A stretch of DNA of 64,000 bases from Alphaproteobacteria bacterium UBA3768 (GCA_002372315.1 DFFU01000026.1:1230-65229); one strand, 5' to 3'. Positions 50,504 to 62,100 are shown, counted from the first letter of the stretch. Numbers and translations: made by a program. Notes: generated by a model not told the origin, from the sequence alone.

Positions 50504-50742
50504 AATTCACCTCTTTTTATTTTATTTATTGAAAATACAAGATTTTTTGTTGTAAGAAGTGTTAGCAAATAATCATTTGTTTTCTCAATGACTTATACAA
50601 TTCCTAATTACAACAAGATACAAATTGCCACATATTCCTTATTTTTCAATATATTCAATGGAATAATGAGGTGTTTTAGATACCTCTTTTTTATCTAAAA
50701 AAGTATTTGCTTTTTAACAAATGTTTTTGTAATATTCTGGGT

Positions 50743-51195
50743 ATGACTAAAACTTGTTGCTTTTTTGGTAATGCTACTATCTGGAATGTGAAGGAAATTG
50801 CTGATAAAATTAGGAAAGCAGTAGTTGATTTAATAACCAATAAGCAAGTTGATACTTTCTTGGTTGGGATTAAAGGTGAGTTTGAAACATTATCACATAA
50901 AATATTACAGGAAATAAGATTAGATTATCCAAATATTAAAATTATGCTGGTAATTGCTTATGAAAGAGACCTTCATAAATGTGGTTATCACTTTGATGAC
51001 TTTTATTATCCACCATTAGCAGAAGTTGGGTATAGGGGATGGAGCATTGCTAAAAGGAATGATTGGATTGTAGAACAAACAGATTATGTGATTGCTTGTA
51101 ATCAGTATCAAGGTAGAGCATACAACTATTGTAAAAAAGCAAAAAACAAAGGAAAAACCATTATTGAGATAGGAAAACAAGATGAACCTGTTTAA
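50743..51195 (+). CDS. SLOG-superfamily protein (DUF1273/YpsA-like)
   Basis: VDTFLVGIKGEFETLSHKILQEIRLDYPNIKIMLVIAYE ... DYVIAC ... KTIIEI matches the YpsA-like Rossmannoid pattern. Confidence 0.45.
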   Translation: MTKTCCFFGNATIWNVKEIADKIRKAVVDLITNKQVDTFLVGIKGEFETLSHKILQEIRLDYPNIKIMLVIAYERDLHKCGYHFDDFYYPPLAEVGYRGWSIAKRNDWIVEQTDYVIACNQYQGRAYNYCKKAKNKGKTIIEIGKQDEPV

Positions 51196-51364
51196 TTTTT
51201 TTAAGAAGAAACCTGAAAGCACATTAGATAAAGCATTAAAGGAAGTTGAAAGAGTTGGTAAGCAACAACCAGTAAAGGGAGTTGAGGCATTGGATGAATA
51301 TTTCAAAGCACATCCCTATAAAATGAAAAAGATAAAAAGTAAAAAAAGAACTAAAAAGCAATAA
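51182..51364 (+). CDS. small basic hypothetical protein (60 aa)
   Basis: ORF overlapping the end of the SLOG gene. Lys-rich C-terminus. Confidence 0.25.
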   Translation: MNLFNFFKKKPESTLDKALKEVERVGKQQPVKGVEALDEYFKAHPYKMKKIKSKKRTKKQ

Positions 51365-51412
51365 ATTACATCTTTTAACCAATAAATACTTATACCAACA
51401 AAGGATATAAGT

Positions 51413-51826
51413 ATGATGGATTATGATGATGTAGATATAGTGTTAGAAAACTTACCACTTTTATTACAAAATAAGGATAAGATATTAAATAATAAAACTT
51501 ATTCAAAATGTAAAATAAGAGGTTCAGGTATATTTTTTAAGAATAAAAACATCTATATTGGTTTTACATTAGGCAATTTGCTTAAATTATGGTCCAGTCC
51601 TTGTTCCTGTTGGAAGTTTAGTAAGTATTATACCTATAAGATGACCTTGTTTGGCAATGGTGAAGCAGATATATTCTCCAAAGCAGTTGATGGTTCTTAT
51701 CAGCAATCTTTAATAGATGGGGATTTAATTGTTCCACATATTGAAGATGCTGTAAGAATAGGTGAAATGGTGCTAATTCCAAAATGTATAGATGATGTAA
51801 TTAAAGAATTAAAGGAAAGTAGATGA
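51413..51826 (+). CDS. hypothetical protein
   Basis: 137-aa ORF whose stop overlaps the next start (ATGA). Confidence 0.4.
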   Translation: MMDYDDVDIVLENLPLLLQNKDKILNNKTYSKCKIRGSGIFFKNKNIYIGFTLGNLLKLWSSPCSCWKFSKYYTYKMTLFGNGEADIFSKAVDGSYQQSLIDGDLIVPHIEDAVRIGEMVLIPKCIDDVIKELKESR

Positions 51827-52257
51827 AATTTGATTTTAGTGAGATAAAGAAGTTTTTACAGGAAAAAGCAGATATTGCCAAAGTGGTATCTATATCACCA
51901 TCATTTGGTAGTGAATTTACCACAGATTTAAGTAATGCTACACTTATACCAAAGAAAAAAGAACCAACTATGAGTGATGAAGAACTACAATTCCTTGAAT
52001 TATGCCAAAAACTTTTAAGAAAACTTGGTTTCATAAAAACAAGTTATGACTTTTCAGAGCAATTCATGGGTAAGAGTAAGCATTATTATTCAATGCTTTT
52101 AAGTGAAGGTAGGCAATGTTCCATAGATGGATTACACAATTTAATTAAAAATATTGAAACATTGAATGATGTTCCTGCCACTTCATCAAAATATTTGGAT
52201 GATTTAATAGAAAAAGGAAATAAACTTTTAACCAAAAGGTTGCTGAAATACTTTTAA
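51823..52257 (+). CDS. hypothetical protein
   Basis: 144-aa ORF translationally coupled to 51413-51826. Confidence 0.4.
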   Translation: MKFDFSEIKKFLQEKADIAKVVSISPSFGSEFTTDLSNATLIPKKKEPTMSDEELQFLELCQKLLRKLGFIKTSYDFSEQFMGKSKHYYSMLLSEGRQCSIDGLHNLIKNIETLNDVPATSSKYLDDLIEKGNKLLTKRLLKYF

Positions 52258-52412
52258 TTTTACTTTTATTTTCAAAATTCTCATACAGCAACTTGGTTGT
52301 TCCTCATAATTCAATAATTATGGGGAATTTTTATTGTAAAATCAGAGTTTAGTTGGACCATACATAAAAAAAGTGTAAAAACAGAGTTAAATGTATTGAC
52401 AATTTTACAATT

Positions 52413-53015
52413 TTGCGATATTGTAATGCGACTTTTAAGAGTTCAAATTTACAAAAAAAGGAGCATTCAATGGATTTTGGGTATAAAAGAGTATCAACCA
52501 TAGACCAATCAACCGAAAGACAATTGGAAGGAATTAAACTGGACCGAGTTTTTGAAGATAAACTATCTGGTAAGGATAGGAATAGACCACAATTGGACTT
52601 GCTGTTGTCAATTTTAAGAGAAGGAGACACAATCCACATTCATAGTATGGATAGGTTAGCAAGGAACACCAGAGACCTACTCAATTTGGTGGAAGAAATT
52701 ACAGGAAAGAATTGTAAAGTCATCTTTCACACAGAACATCTGTCCTTTGAACCTAATAAAACAGACCCATACCAACAGTTGATGATGACAATGTTGGGAG
52801 CAGTAGCACAATTGGAGAGAAGTTTAATCCTTCAAAGACAGAAGGAGGGGATTGCCATTGCCAAGAGTAAAGGAAGATTTAAGGGAGGGAAAAGTAAGTT
52901 ATCAGCAGAACAGGTGCTGGAATTAAAGGAATTATCCAAAACCAACTCAATTACATCTCTGGCAAAAAAGTTTGGTATCACCAGACCTACTTGCTATGCT
53001 TATTTGAAAGGATAA
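52413..53015 (+). CDS. serine recombinase (resolvase/invertase, Hin/Gin-like)
   Basis: FGYKRVSTIDQ catalytic Ser, the DRLARN motif, and a C-terminal HTH (ITSLAKKFGITRPTCYAYL). Confidence 0.85.
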   Translation: MRYCNATFKSSNLQKKEHSMDFGYKRVSTIDQSTERQLEGIKLDRVFEDKLSGKDRNRPQLDLLLSILREGDTIHIHSMDRLARNTRDLLNLVEEITGKNCKVIFHTEHLSFEPNKTDPYQQLMMTMLGAVAQLERSLILQRQKEGIAIAKSKGRFKGGKSKLSAEQVLELKELSKTNSITSLAKKFGITRPTCYAYLKG

Positions 53016-53017
53016 TC

Positions 53018-53272
53018 TTATTGGCAGGTTAGTAGAAGGTATTTCTCTGTAATTACCTTTTCTCTTTCTTTGACTTCAAACTTAATGTGATGGTTCATAA
53101 ATGTAATCTCCCCAGATTTATGTTCCTTATCATCATCCTTAAAATCATTATAATTAGCAATTAGTTGTTCAAGTTGCCACATTTCCTTACTATTAAATAA
53201 AGGGAAATCTGGGGGTGAATAGACCTTTGTAAATTGTTTCCTAATCTTATCATTTTCTTTTGATGGTTTCAT
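53018..53272 (-). CDS. hypothetical protein (84 aa)
   Basis: ORF on the minus strand between a resolvase and the pentapeptide-repeat gene. Confidence 0.3.
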   Translation of the reverse strand: MKPSKENDKIRKQFTKVYSPPDFPLFNSKEMWQLEQLIANYNDFKDDDKEHKSGEITFMNHHIKFEVKEREKVITEKYLLLTCQ

Positions 53273-53385
53273 AAGAACCTCCTGTAAAGATTAGATATCA
53301 AAATCCCCCTAAAATAAAGCAGGGGGATGATATTTTCAGTGAATCCAATATAAATGTTGGAATATTTGAGATAATCTTGGATTAT

Positions 53386-54468
53386 TTAAGAATTTTTACA
53401 TTCTTCTTCAAATCTTCTTTTGAACTCCATTACTTCTGAAAGTGGATACTTCAAAGGTTTATGTCCTTTGTTGGATGGTGTTGGCATCCAAAGAAACTCA
53501 CCTTTCTCTGCTTTATGCTTTGCCAGTGTTTTTCTTTTCCTGAATGAAGCAGGACCAATTCCAACAATTTCACACATCTCTTTTTCCAACACCACATCTG
53601 GGATTAGATTAGGGGAAATCTGATTGTTTGAAGGAGGTAATCCCATCATCTTTCTTCTTTTTTCCATTTCCTCTGTTTCAGGTGGAAGAAGAGATTTATA
53701 TTTCATAACATTCTTTTGAACTTCTTTCATCATCTCTGACATTACATATAAATTAGAGTGTTCAAGACAATAGATGAACTCTTGTAATCCATCTATAAGT
53801 TCTTTTTCCATCTTATGTTCTTGATTATACCACCAATCAACATTGTAGAACAAACTTCTTAAACCAAACTTGACATCCCCAAATCTAAAACAACCAGAAA
53901 ACTTGGTATCTTGGCAATTAAAATCCAAACCATTGAGATGATAAAAACTTGTCATTCCTAAAAGTTCAGATTGCTTAAATGCTATTGTGCTATGGTATTC
54001 TTTATTTCCATTTCCACTAATTAGCACTTTTGAAAGAGCATTGGTTATAATGTTGTTGAAATCAGCATAACCATTAAAATCACAGGTATCCAAAGTCAAA
54101 TTGCCAGAAAACTTTGATTTATTAAAACTGAAATCACAATTAAAAGAGCATTCCTTAAAGGTAGTATTGCCATTAAAAGAGCAACCCTCAAATGTAAATG
54201 GAATATTACAATTTTTGTTTTTAATGTTCAAATCAGTAAAGTGGCAATTTTTGAATAAGATTTTGTTATAATTAGTGAGTTTATCAGTAAGACCTTCATA
54301 TTGACCACCTAATAAATCAGCAACTACTTTTGAGTTTGTTTTGAAATCTTTATTTTGAATAAAAAATAACTTCTTACTTTTCATAGATTGTCTTAAAGCA
54401 TCATACTCATCCCCTGTAAAAGTATCATCTTTTCTGCCTTCTGGTCTTTCTCTGATTATAACTGCCAT
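53386..54468 (-). CDS. pentapeptide-repeat protein fused to a C-terminal AlpA/MerR-like HTH-type domain
   Basis: The central region has F-centred pentapeptide repeats (GCSFN GNTTF KECSF NCDFS ... TCDFN). The C-terminus EIVGIGPASFRKRKTLAKHKAEKGEFLWMPTPSNKGHKPLKYPLSEVMEFK resembles an AlpA-type DNA-binding domain. Confidence 0.45.
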   Translation of the reverse strand: MAVIIRERPEGRKDDTFTGDEYDALRQSMKSKKLFFIQNKDFKTNSKVVADLLGGQYEGLTDKLTNYNKILFKNCHFTDLNIKNKNCNIPFTFEGCSFNGNTTFKECSFNCDFSFNKSKFSGNLTLDTCDFNGYADFNNIITNALSKVLISGNGNKEYHSTIAFKQSELLGMTSFYHLNGLDFNCQDTKFSGCFRFGDVKFGLRSLFYNVDWWYNQEHKMEKELIDGLQEFIYCLEHSNLYVMSEMMKEVQKNVMKYKSLLPPETEEMEKRRKMMGLPPSNNQISPNLIPDVVLEKEMCEIVGIGPASFRKRKTLAKHKAEKGEFLWMPTPSNKGHKPLKYPLSEVMEFKRRFEEECKNS

Positions 54469-54618
54469 AGTTGCCTCCTTTGAGCATTTTTATGGGTAGC
54501 ATTATACACCAAAATTACCTCCAAAAGCAATCCAAATGTTGAAAATATGTTGAAAAAAAATAGTCCAAAAGTTCATCACTTTTAGACCTCTTATAAGTTA
54601 TTGATTTTATTGAAAAAA

Positions 54619-54693
54619 TGGTGGGTGCGACAGGGATTGAACCTGTGACCCCTACCGTGTGAAGGTAATGCTCTCCCGCTGAGCTACGCACCC
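54619..54693 (-). tRNA. tRNA-Val (anticodon CAC), canonical copy (attR side)
   Basis: Revcomp GGGTGCGTAGCTCAGCGGGAGAGCATTACCTTCACACGGTAGGGGTCACAGGTTCAATCCCTGTCGCACCCACCA. Perfect acceptor stem. TTGACA-17-TAGAAT promoter upstream (revcomp of 54711-54739). Confidence 0.9.
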
Positions 54694-54747
54694 AAGTTCA
54701 ATGCTCGTATTCTAACTGAAATTTTTCTGATTGTCAAGAAGAATTTT

Positions 54748-55251
54748 TTACCTTGATTGGTATTTTTTGTAAAATTTGTTTCCAGACAGTAAAACCAAAT
54801 CTTCTGCAGGTCCTATATAATGTCTAAAACCATCAATAATTTTTGTCCTAGGGCCGAATATTCCTTTTGAAAAGCCCTCAGGGGCTATTGAGGTACAAAA
54901 ACTTTTCAGGTAATACTCAACTAAATTGGGATAACTGCTGGCCCAAGCCGATAGAGCTGAAATTGTGCAAATAGCTTTCTTTACTTCTTTTGCTTTTTCC
55001 GGATGTGAAATCATTTTATCTAAGCATGAACGTAGCAATCCTAAAGAGGTGTATTGATAATTTAAGTGATAGTAAGTTTGAGTTTTTTTACACTTGTTAT
55101 TTCGTGATAAACTTCCGCCAACATAAATGGCCCTGATGATATCTTGTCTTTTTTCTGAACTTAATTCGGGACTTGATAAAGCAAAATCTTGTAATGTCAG
55201 CAAAGCCTGAGCAAACAATCTTTTTTTTAATATTTTATCTTTATAGCTCAT
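54748..55251 (-). CDS. hypothetical protein (167 aa)
   Basis: ORF translationally coupled to the upstream gene at 55253-55708. Confidence 0.4.
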   Translation of the reverse strand: MSYKDKILKKRLFAQALLTLQDFALSSPELSSEKRQDIIRAIYVGGSLSRNNKCKKTQTYYHLNYQYTSLGLLRSCLDKMISHPEKAKEVKKAICTISALSAWASSYPNLVEYYLKSFCTSIAPEGFSKGIFGPRTKIIDGFRHYIGPAEDLVLLSGNKFYKKYQSR

Positions 55252-55252
55252 T

Positions 55253-55708
55253 TTATATTTCCTTGTGGCTATATGTAAAAATGGAATAAAGTTGGGCTAA
55301 GGGCTCCTTCTTCCTGGGATTAGTAAATGTATCCTTTGGCCAATGGGCAAGTTCCGCTGGATACAATTCTTGGCAGAATTGATGGATTTGGCGCATGTGT
55401 GTTGGTCGGCATAATATCGCAACCGGAACGAAATCTTGGATAGCCTTCCCAAGATACTGTTGCCCCTTAAGACCCCAGTAAAGTTGATCATCTTTATCAT
55501 TATAAAAACGTTCAGATAAAGCACTCATCAGGTAATCTTCGGCTACTTTCTTATCCCCAAATTTTGCTTCTCTGATACCTTTAAGTAATTGCATAACTAA
55601 CATTTGTTTGGCATTTTCATTCCACTTGGTTGAAAAGTACTTAAAAGTATTTAATGCCTTATTAAAACGAATATTCATTTTCATGGAAGAGGGGGAACTT
55701 TGAGACAT
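55253..55708 (-). CDS. hypothetical protein (151 aa)
   Basis: First gene of a two-gene unit between tRNA-Asn and tRNA-Val. Confidence 0.4.
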   Translation of the reverse strand: MSQSSPSSMKMNIRFNKALNTFKYFSTKWNENAKQMLVMQLLKGIREAKFGDKKVAEDYLMSALSERFYNDKDDQLYWGLKGQQYLGKAIQDFVPVAILCRPTHMRQIHQFCQELYPAELAHWPKDTFTNPRKKEPLAQLYSIFTYSHKEI

Positions 55709-55773
55709 TTTTTGCTCCTATAAAACAAAAAAAGGGAGACGTCAGTTTGCTTCTGAAATCCCCCTTTTTTAAT

Positions 55774-55848
55774 TGGCTCCAGCGGTAGGGCTCGAACCTA
55801 CGACCAATCGGTTAACAGCCGATTGCTCTACCACTGAGCTACGCTGGA
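55774..55848 (-). tRNA. tRNA-Asn (anticodon GUU)
   Basis: Revcomp TCCAGCGTAGCTCAGTGGTAGAGCAATCGGCTGTTAACCGATTGGTCGTAGGTTCGAGCCCTACCGCTGGAGCCA. A hairpin+T-run terminator follows at 55730-55770. Confidence 0.9.
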
Positions 55849-55907
55849 AACAGTGGCCATTATAACAAAAAATTTTGCATATTGCAAGAACTTTTTATTA
55901 TTTTCTT

Positions 55908-55982
55908 TGGAGGCCGGTACCGGAATCGAACCGATATAAAAGGATTTGCAGTCCTCTGCATAAGCCATTCTGCCAACCGGCC
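55908..55982 (-). tRNA. tRNA-Cys (anticodon GCA)
   Basis: Revcomp GGCCGGTTGGCAGAATGGCTTATGCAGAGGACTGCAAATCCTTTTATATCGGTTCGATTCCGGTACCGGCCTCCA. Confidence 0.9.
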
Positions 55983-56144
55983 ATCAAAAGATAACCCTAT
56001 ATTTACCCGATTTTTTTTATTAAGTCAAGTAAAAAAATAACTTTTTTACATTGAATGTTTTTACTTGCATTTTTTATGTGGTTATAATATAATCAGTATG
56101 CATTGATAGACAATTACAATATTCCTTTTTCAAATGGAGGGAAC

Positions 56145-59100
56145 ATGAGATATTCAAAAACAACCATCAAAGAATTGAACAGATTGTACCGCCATGTTTT
56201 AAAAAAATGTTTTATCTTAAATGTTTTTGGTATTTTATGGACGATGCCGACATATGCAGCTGATGATGTCATATTAAGTGATATTATAAATCAGCAAAAA
56301 ATTGTGTCGGATTCTGATGTTGCAAAAATTAATTCCGAAATTAACATTTATTCAACGAACGAAACTACACCATCTGCTTTACAAGCAAATCAAGTTGAAA
56401 TTTCTGGGAAATTAAATGTGGGAAATGGTTCTGATGCTACTTCTCAGACCCTTTCTAGCATAATTGTTCCAGAAGTGACAGTTTGGCATCATGATGAGCA
56501 TGTCAGTTATTGGAATTATGAACGTGGATCAATTAAAGTTTTATCTGGAGGAGAACTCAATTTAACGGCTACTGGGTTGAATTCTACAAAGATAACTGGT
56601 AGATCGGGCGAAGGCTTTGATTGGTATAACCCTGCTTTGGAGGTTAGTGAAGGGGCTATTTTGAACATAGAGGCATCAAATTTGCCGTCTGATGCTTATA
56701 ATGGTGATTCAGATTTTATAGATGATTGGAATATTGATTATGGTGTGTCTCTTCAAACTGCATCAGCTGTCATCAATGGGGCACTTAATATTACTGCTAC
56801 CGATAATTTAGTTCATTGGACAACAGGTCGTGAGGGTATAACGCTTGGGACAAATGCAATTTTTAATATAAATCTGAAAACTTCAGAAGTTCCGATGGAT
56901 TTAAAAATCCATGCGGGGGGAGCTTTTGTATCAGGTTCAAATTCAAAAATTAATTTGAATTCAAATTCTGCAATATCGGCAGATAGTGAAAGTTCTGATA
57001 TAGAGATTGGGGCAGCAAAAATTGATTTATCTGGGCAAATTGCGGCTATATCTTCTGATATTTCTTCAATTGCAGGATATGCAATAGAAGATGGTGGGGT
57101 TGTAATTCCGACAATCCAAATTGGGCATAATGAAAACCCCAGAAGCACATTGAATATGACCTTTTCTGATATGGGCATTATAGCAGCCACAGATCATTAT
57201 TATCAAATGATGGATGAAGAGGATAAAGAAGAACTTTTATCTGTTAAATCTAATCCTGAAATATTTTTGTCAGAGTTAAGAGGAACACTTTATATGATTA
57301 AGGGTGTTAAGTTGTCCGATGATGTTATGGTTTCTTCTGTGGCTGGTACACAAGAAAAATATGTTTGGGCTGAAAAACAGGAAAATGGTGAATGGCAAGA
57401 AACCCTATATGATAATAGCGCAGATGGATTTTGGGATAGAGTAAAAAATTATATCCAAAGCATGAACAATGACCAGTTGATTCAGATGAATGATAATCTT
57501 GTGACCGCTGTTCGTGGTTTTGAAACAGATGGTATTCATTTTGAAAATGCGGATGTTACCCTTGAAAACGGAGTTGAAGTAGCCAATAAATTATCGGGTG
57601 ACATTGTTGCTGACGAATCAAACATCACTTTAAATGGTTCTAATGAAGAAGAAGGACGTATTTTCTCAACTATTATTAATCATTCTGGTGCGACCGGTGA
57701 TATTGCTTTTAATGATTCAACTATTACGATGAATGACGATACATCCCTTGTACGTGGTATATATGAATGGGATGAAACTGTTGCTGATGGAATAGATGTT
57801 ATACAGCATAACTTGGGTATTGCCAGCTCTCAAGGGGATATCGGTTTTGATACTTCTACATTAAATATGAACGGAACTTCTTCGTTAGTTTTATCGGATA
57901 CGAATGGACGAATTGTCGCCAAAGATAATTCTATCATCAATATTAATGGTGACAATGTATTTTCTTTGAAAAATGTTATAGATGGGGAAGGTGCTGGTGC
58001 TGTTTTCTTGAAAGAATCGACTCTGAATATTGCCAAAGGAGCTTCCTTAACCTTAAATACTCAGTTAAAAGGATATATAGATGAGCATGGTAAGGAATGG
58101 GCACCAGCCATTCACGGGGATGCAGATTCTGTTATTAACTTAGAAGGGACATTGAAAGGCAGTGTTTCCACAGCTGGATTGTTGGCGTTCACGGATAAAG
58201 ATGCCTTTATTGATGGGGATATTTTATCTGTAGGAACATTAGATATTACACCTATTTCTGGTGAAATTAGTGATATTGTCAGTGGTCAGATTATAGGTGT
58301 TGATAATTTATCCTTAACAGGGAATAAAGAATATACATTGAACAAAGCCATATTTAGTACGTCTGATGACGATGTTGCTTATGTTATGTCGTCTGTCATC
58401 ATGGATAATTTTAAGCAAATTATGAAATTAACTTCCAATGAAAAAGAATACTACACCACTGATGGGCGAACAACCCTGACACCTATAGATAATCAAATGG
58501 GCGCACTTTCTGTGGTTGATGGGGCAACCTTATCTAGCGACAAAACATTTTATGCCGATTCGGTTGTTTTGGATAATGGTGCTTCACTGAATATGACAAA
58601 TATTTCAAGTATTGAAAATTTGACCATTAAAAATGGTTCTCAAGGGAAATTTAATTGTGCACTATCGGCTCATTCTGTTTTATTGGAAGGAAAAAATAGT
58701 GGTTTAGAGCTGGGGGGAACACCCCTGGATTTCAGCCTTATTTCAGGGACTTTTAGTGTTCTAAATGGGGCCACCCTAAAGACTGAGAATGGGCCTTCAT
58801 TCATGCTTGGTACTATAGTATTGGATCATGCAACATGGAATGGCAATAATATTGCAGAAGTTAACCTTGCTGAAATTTCATCTGATAACTCTGTTTTAAA
58901 TTTGAATAATTCAAAATTTTCTCATGGCCTAGAGACAGTGATGAATATTCGCAATTCTAAAGTGACTCTTTCCAATTCTGATTTTGGATTAGCTGAGACA
59001 AATTTTGATCATACAACTTTGGTATCCACAAACTCAGTGATTGGAAATCGTCCAATAACTCTTGTCAATGCGCGTTATCTCACAGATGAAGGTGATATTA

Positions 59101-62100
59101 TACCAGCATTTGCTGTTCTGGGGAGCGGCGAAGCCTTTGATTCCAAAATGCTCATCAAAAATAGCCATATCACTTTAAACGGCAATTCTGCTTTGGAAAG
59201 TTCTAGTATATTTAATGACTATCAGCTGGGAGCCATAGCTATTACACCTACTTATTTTAAAGAAAATGCTGCCAAATGGGTGGGAATGTTGAGTGAATCC
59301 CCTATGGACTGGATAGAGGATCCACAAGGGTATGTGGATGGGTTGACTACATTTGCAAATAACATTGAATTGGATAATACGACTATTATGCTGAATGGTA
59401 CCTCATCAATAATCAATAACTCATTGTCTTTGACGAATGCTGAAGGTGAAAGTACTGGTAATGTCAATTTGGTTGATTCTGAATTAAATGTCAATGGCAA
59501 TAATACGATCCGCACCACTGGTGTGGTCAATTTGGCAAACAGTACCTTAAATATTGCCCAAGGTTCAAAATTAACGCTTGAACGTAACGAGATAGAGGGA
59601 TCAGACGGGCTTGCCACTATTTATGGTGATGCTGATTCTGTTATTGATATCTCTGGAAGGTTAAATGGTAATGTCAATACACTAGGTGAATTAAAATTCT
59701 CAAGTGATACAGCATTTGTTAATGGGGATATTCAGGCCGCTGAATTAAATGTGGCAGATGGGACAACTTGGTCATTGGATAGAAGCAAAAGTTTTTCGGC
59801 CGACAAAATTAATATAGAGCGAGGAGGAACAATAGACATTATAGCCAAAAACAGAGATGCTAATTTATCGACAGAAGTCATTGATGTTGCTGGAACTTTA
59901 AATGTTGGAAATACCCAATCCGTCACACAGAAATTACTTTCTTCCATTGCGGGAACTGTAAACGTTCTTGATGGTGGGGTAATGAATCTAAATGCTACAG
60001 GAAATCAAAATACACGTTTTTCACATCAAAATGGAGTCAATGGAGAATTTTCTGAAAATAATCTTACAATAAATAAAGGTGGCCAATTCAATGTAGTTTC
60101 TTCAAATTTGCCAATAAACTATAATTCTTACAGTGGTGATGATACTGAAATAGGTGCTTTTTTAGAAACAGGGGATGTTTTGGCGAATGGGCAGATTCAT
60201 TTAGTGACAAATAACAATATAATCAACTGGCAAGCGAATAATTTTACTTTGGGTGAAACTGGAAAGTTGATTGTAATCAACAAAGATCCCAAAAAACAGG
60301 ATGTGGATATAAATATAAATGTTGGTAATTTTACCTCAGATAAAGGATCCGAAATTCAATTACTTTCAGATGAAACTGCTGATATTGGATTGACGGCGGA
60401 TACAATGAATCTGTCTGGGAATATTAAAATGAATAGTGCTTCCGCATTTGCTTTTGGGTCTTCTTTTAATGCTGATAATGCTCTAATTGATTTAACCTAT
60501 TCAGATATCGGAATGAATAGATATGCTGATAATTATTTTGATTTAATGGATGAAGAAAACCAAAGAGAAAGAATTCTACAGCTCAAGCAAAATATTGCAA
60601 ATGGGAATCTTTTATACGAAATTTATGGAATTTTATCTAAAAATTCGTCCGTTCGGATAACTGATAATCTTTCTGTTTCCCATAATTCTCAAACAGGACA
60701 ATACTCCTTCAATAATGAAGATCAAATGATGGAGTATAACGATTTTGAACAAGAACTACAAAAACGATTATCTTCGTTGAAATCTACTTCAAAATTAAAA
60801 CAATTGCATGACAATTTATTAGATTATAGAAGAGCAAGGATAGCAGATATGACAATCCGAAATTCAATTATAAATGCTGAATATGCTTCTGAAATATATA
60901 ATGAATTGTCTGGTGATATGAATATTTTATCATCAGAAATCAATTTGAAAAAAGGAAAAAAGTATACCTCTATCATAAATCATCAAGGGCGAATGGGGGA
61001 TATTTATTTTGGTAAAGATAATGATTCCATAAGATCAAGTTTAGTTAATTTGCATGACAATACTGGTATTATAAAGGGGTTGTTTTACTGGGATGAAAAG
61101 GGGATGAGATTATCTCCGAATGTGAAGGTATCTGAAGGGTCAATTATATTTGATAATAATTCAACATTGAACATGTATGGGACATCATATTTGGCGCTTT
61201 CTGACACAAATGGACGAATCGTTGCGAAAAATGGTTCAACCATTAATATAAATGGAAATAACACGTTTCATTTGATAAATTCTATACAAGGGAAAGGGGC
61301 TGGTTCTATTTTCTTGGGTGATGAAAGTGGTGATATAGATAATAAAACGACCTTAAATATTGCATCCAACAGTTCTTTGAGCCTTTTAACTCAGAATAAT
61401 GAGGGGTATAATGATGGAACAGAACAATACTTGCCCATTATTTATGGCTATGAAAATTCTGTTATAAATATAGCGGGAACATTAAAAGGTAGTGTATCCA
61501 CAGATGGATTGTTGAAATTTTCTAGTAAAAAGGCCAAAATAAATGGCGATATTTTAAAATTGGGAGCTTTGGAATTTGCTACTGCTGGTGGTGAGATCAG
61601 CAATTTTATTTCAGGTAAATTATATAACCTCAATGAACTTAATTTGGCGGGTAAAGATAGATATACTTTGAATAAAGGTGTATTTGCTGTCAACGATGAT
61701 GATATAGCATGCGAAATTTGGAACAGCGCTTATCCAAAAGAAAGGAATATTGTAAAGCTAACAGAAGGAGAATATAATAGTTTAATTGATCCCACATATA
61801 TGATAACTGATTTTAAATTGAAGCCAGTGGATAATCAATTCAAACTTATCTCATTAAAAGAGGGGGCTTCATTTTCAAGCAATAAATCACTTTATGCCGA
61901 TTCAGTAATTGTTGATAATGCAAATTTCATAATGACACAACCATTCGGATTTGAAAATTTGTCGTTGAACAATGATGCTAAAATGACTTTAACATCAAAT
62001 AATTCATATTTTCTATTTCCATTTCCATATACATCAGAGATTCATATGGATCATTCGACTTTGAATCTTACTTCTGCACTGATTGGGAATAATGTTATTT

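Larger units (their letters stand above)
37126..54693. mobile_element. about 17.5-kb integrative genomic island at tRNA-Val, bounded by direct repeats of the tRNA 3' end
   Basis: 56-bp identical direct repeats at 37126-37181 and 54619-54674. Integrase and AlpA-like genes sit at the left end, with two serine recombinases and a restriction-modification-like cargo. Arginine codons shift to AGA/AGG inside the island. Confidence 0.7.

Noticed and set aside
55774-55848. tRNA-Asn as the island attachment site, with island boundary extended to 55774
   Set aside because: No partial duplicate of the tRNA-Asn 3' end was found at the other side. The tRNA-Val direct repeats give a cleaner boundary.
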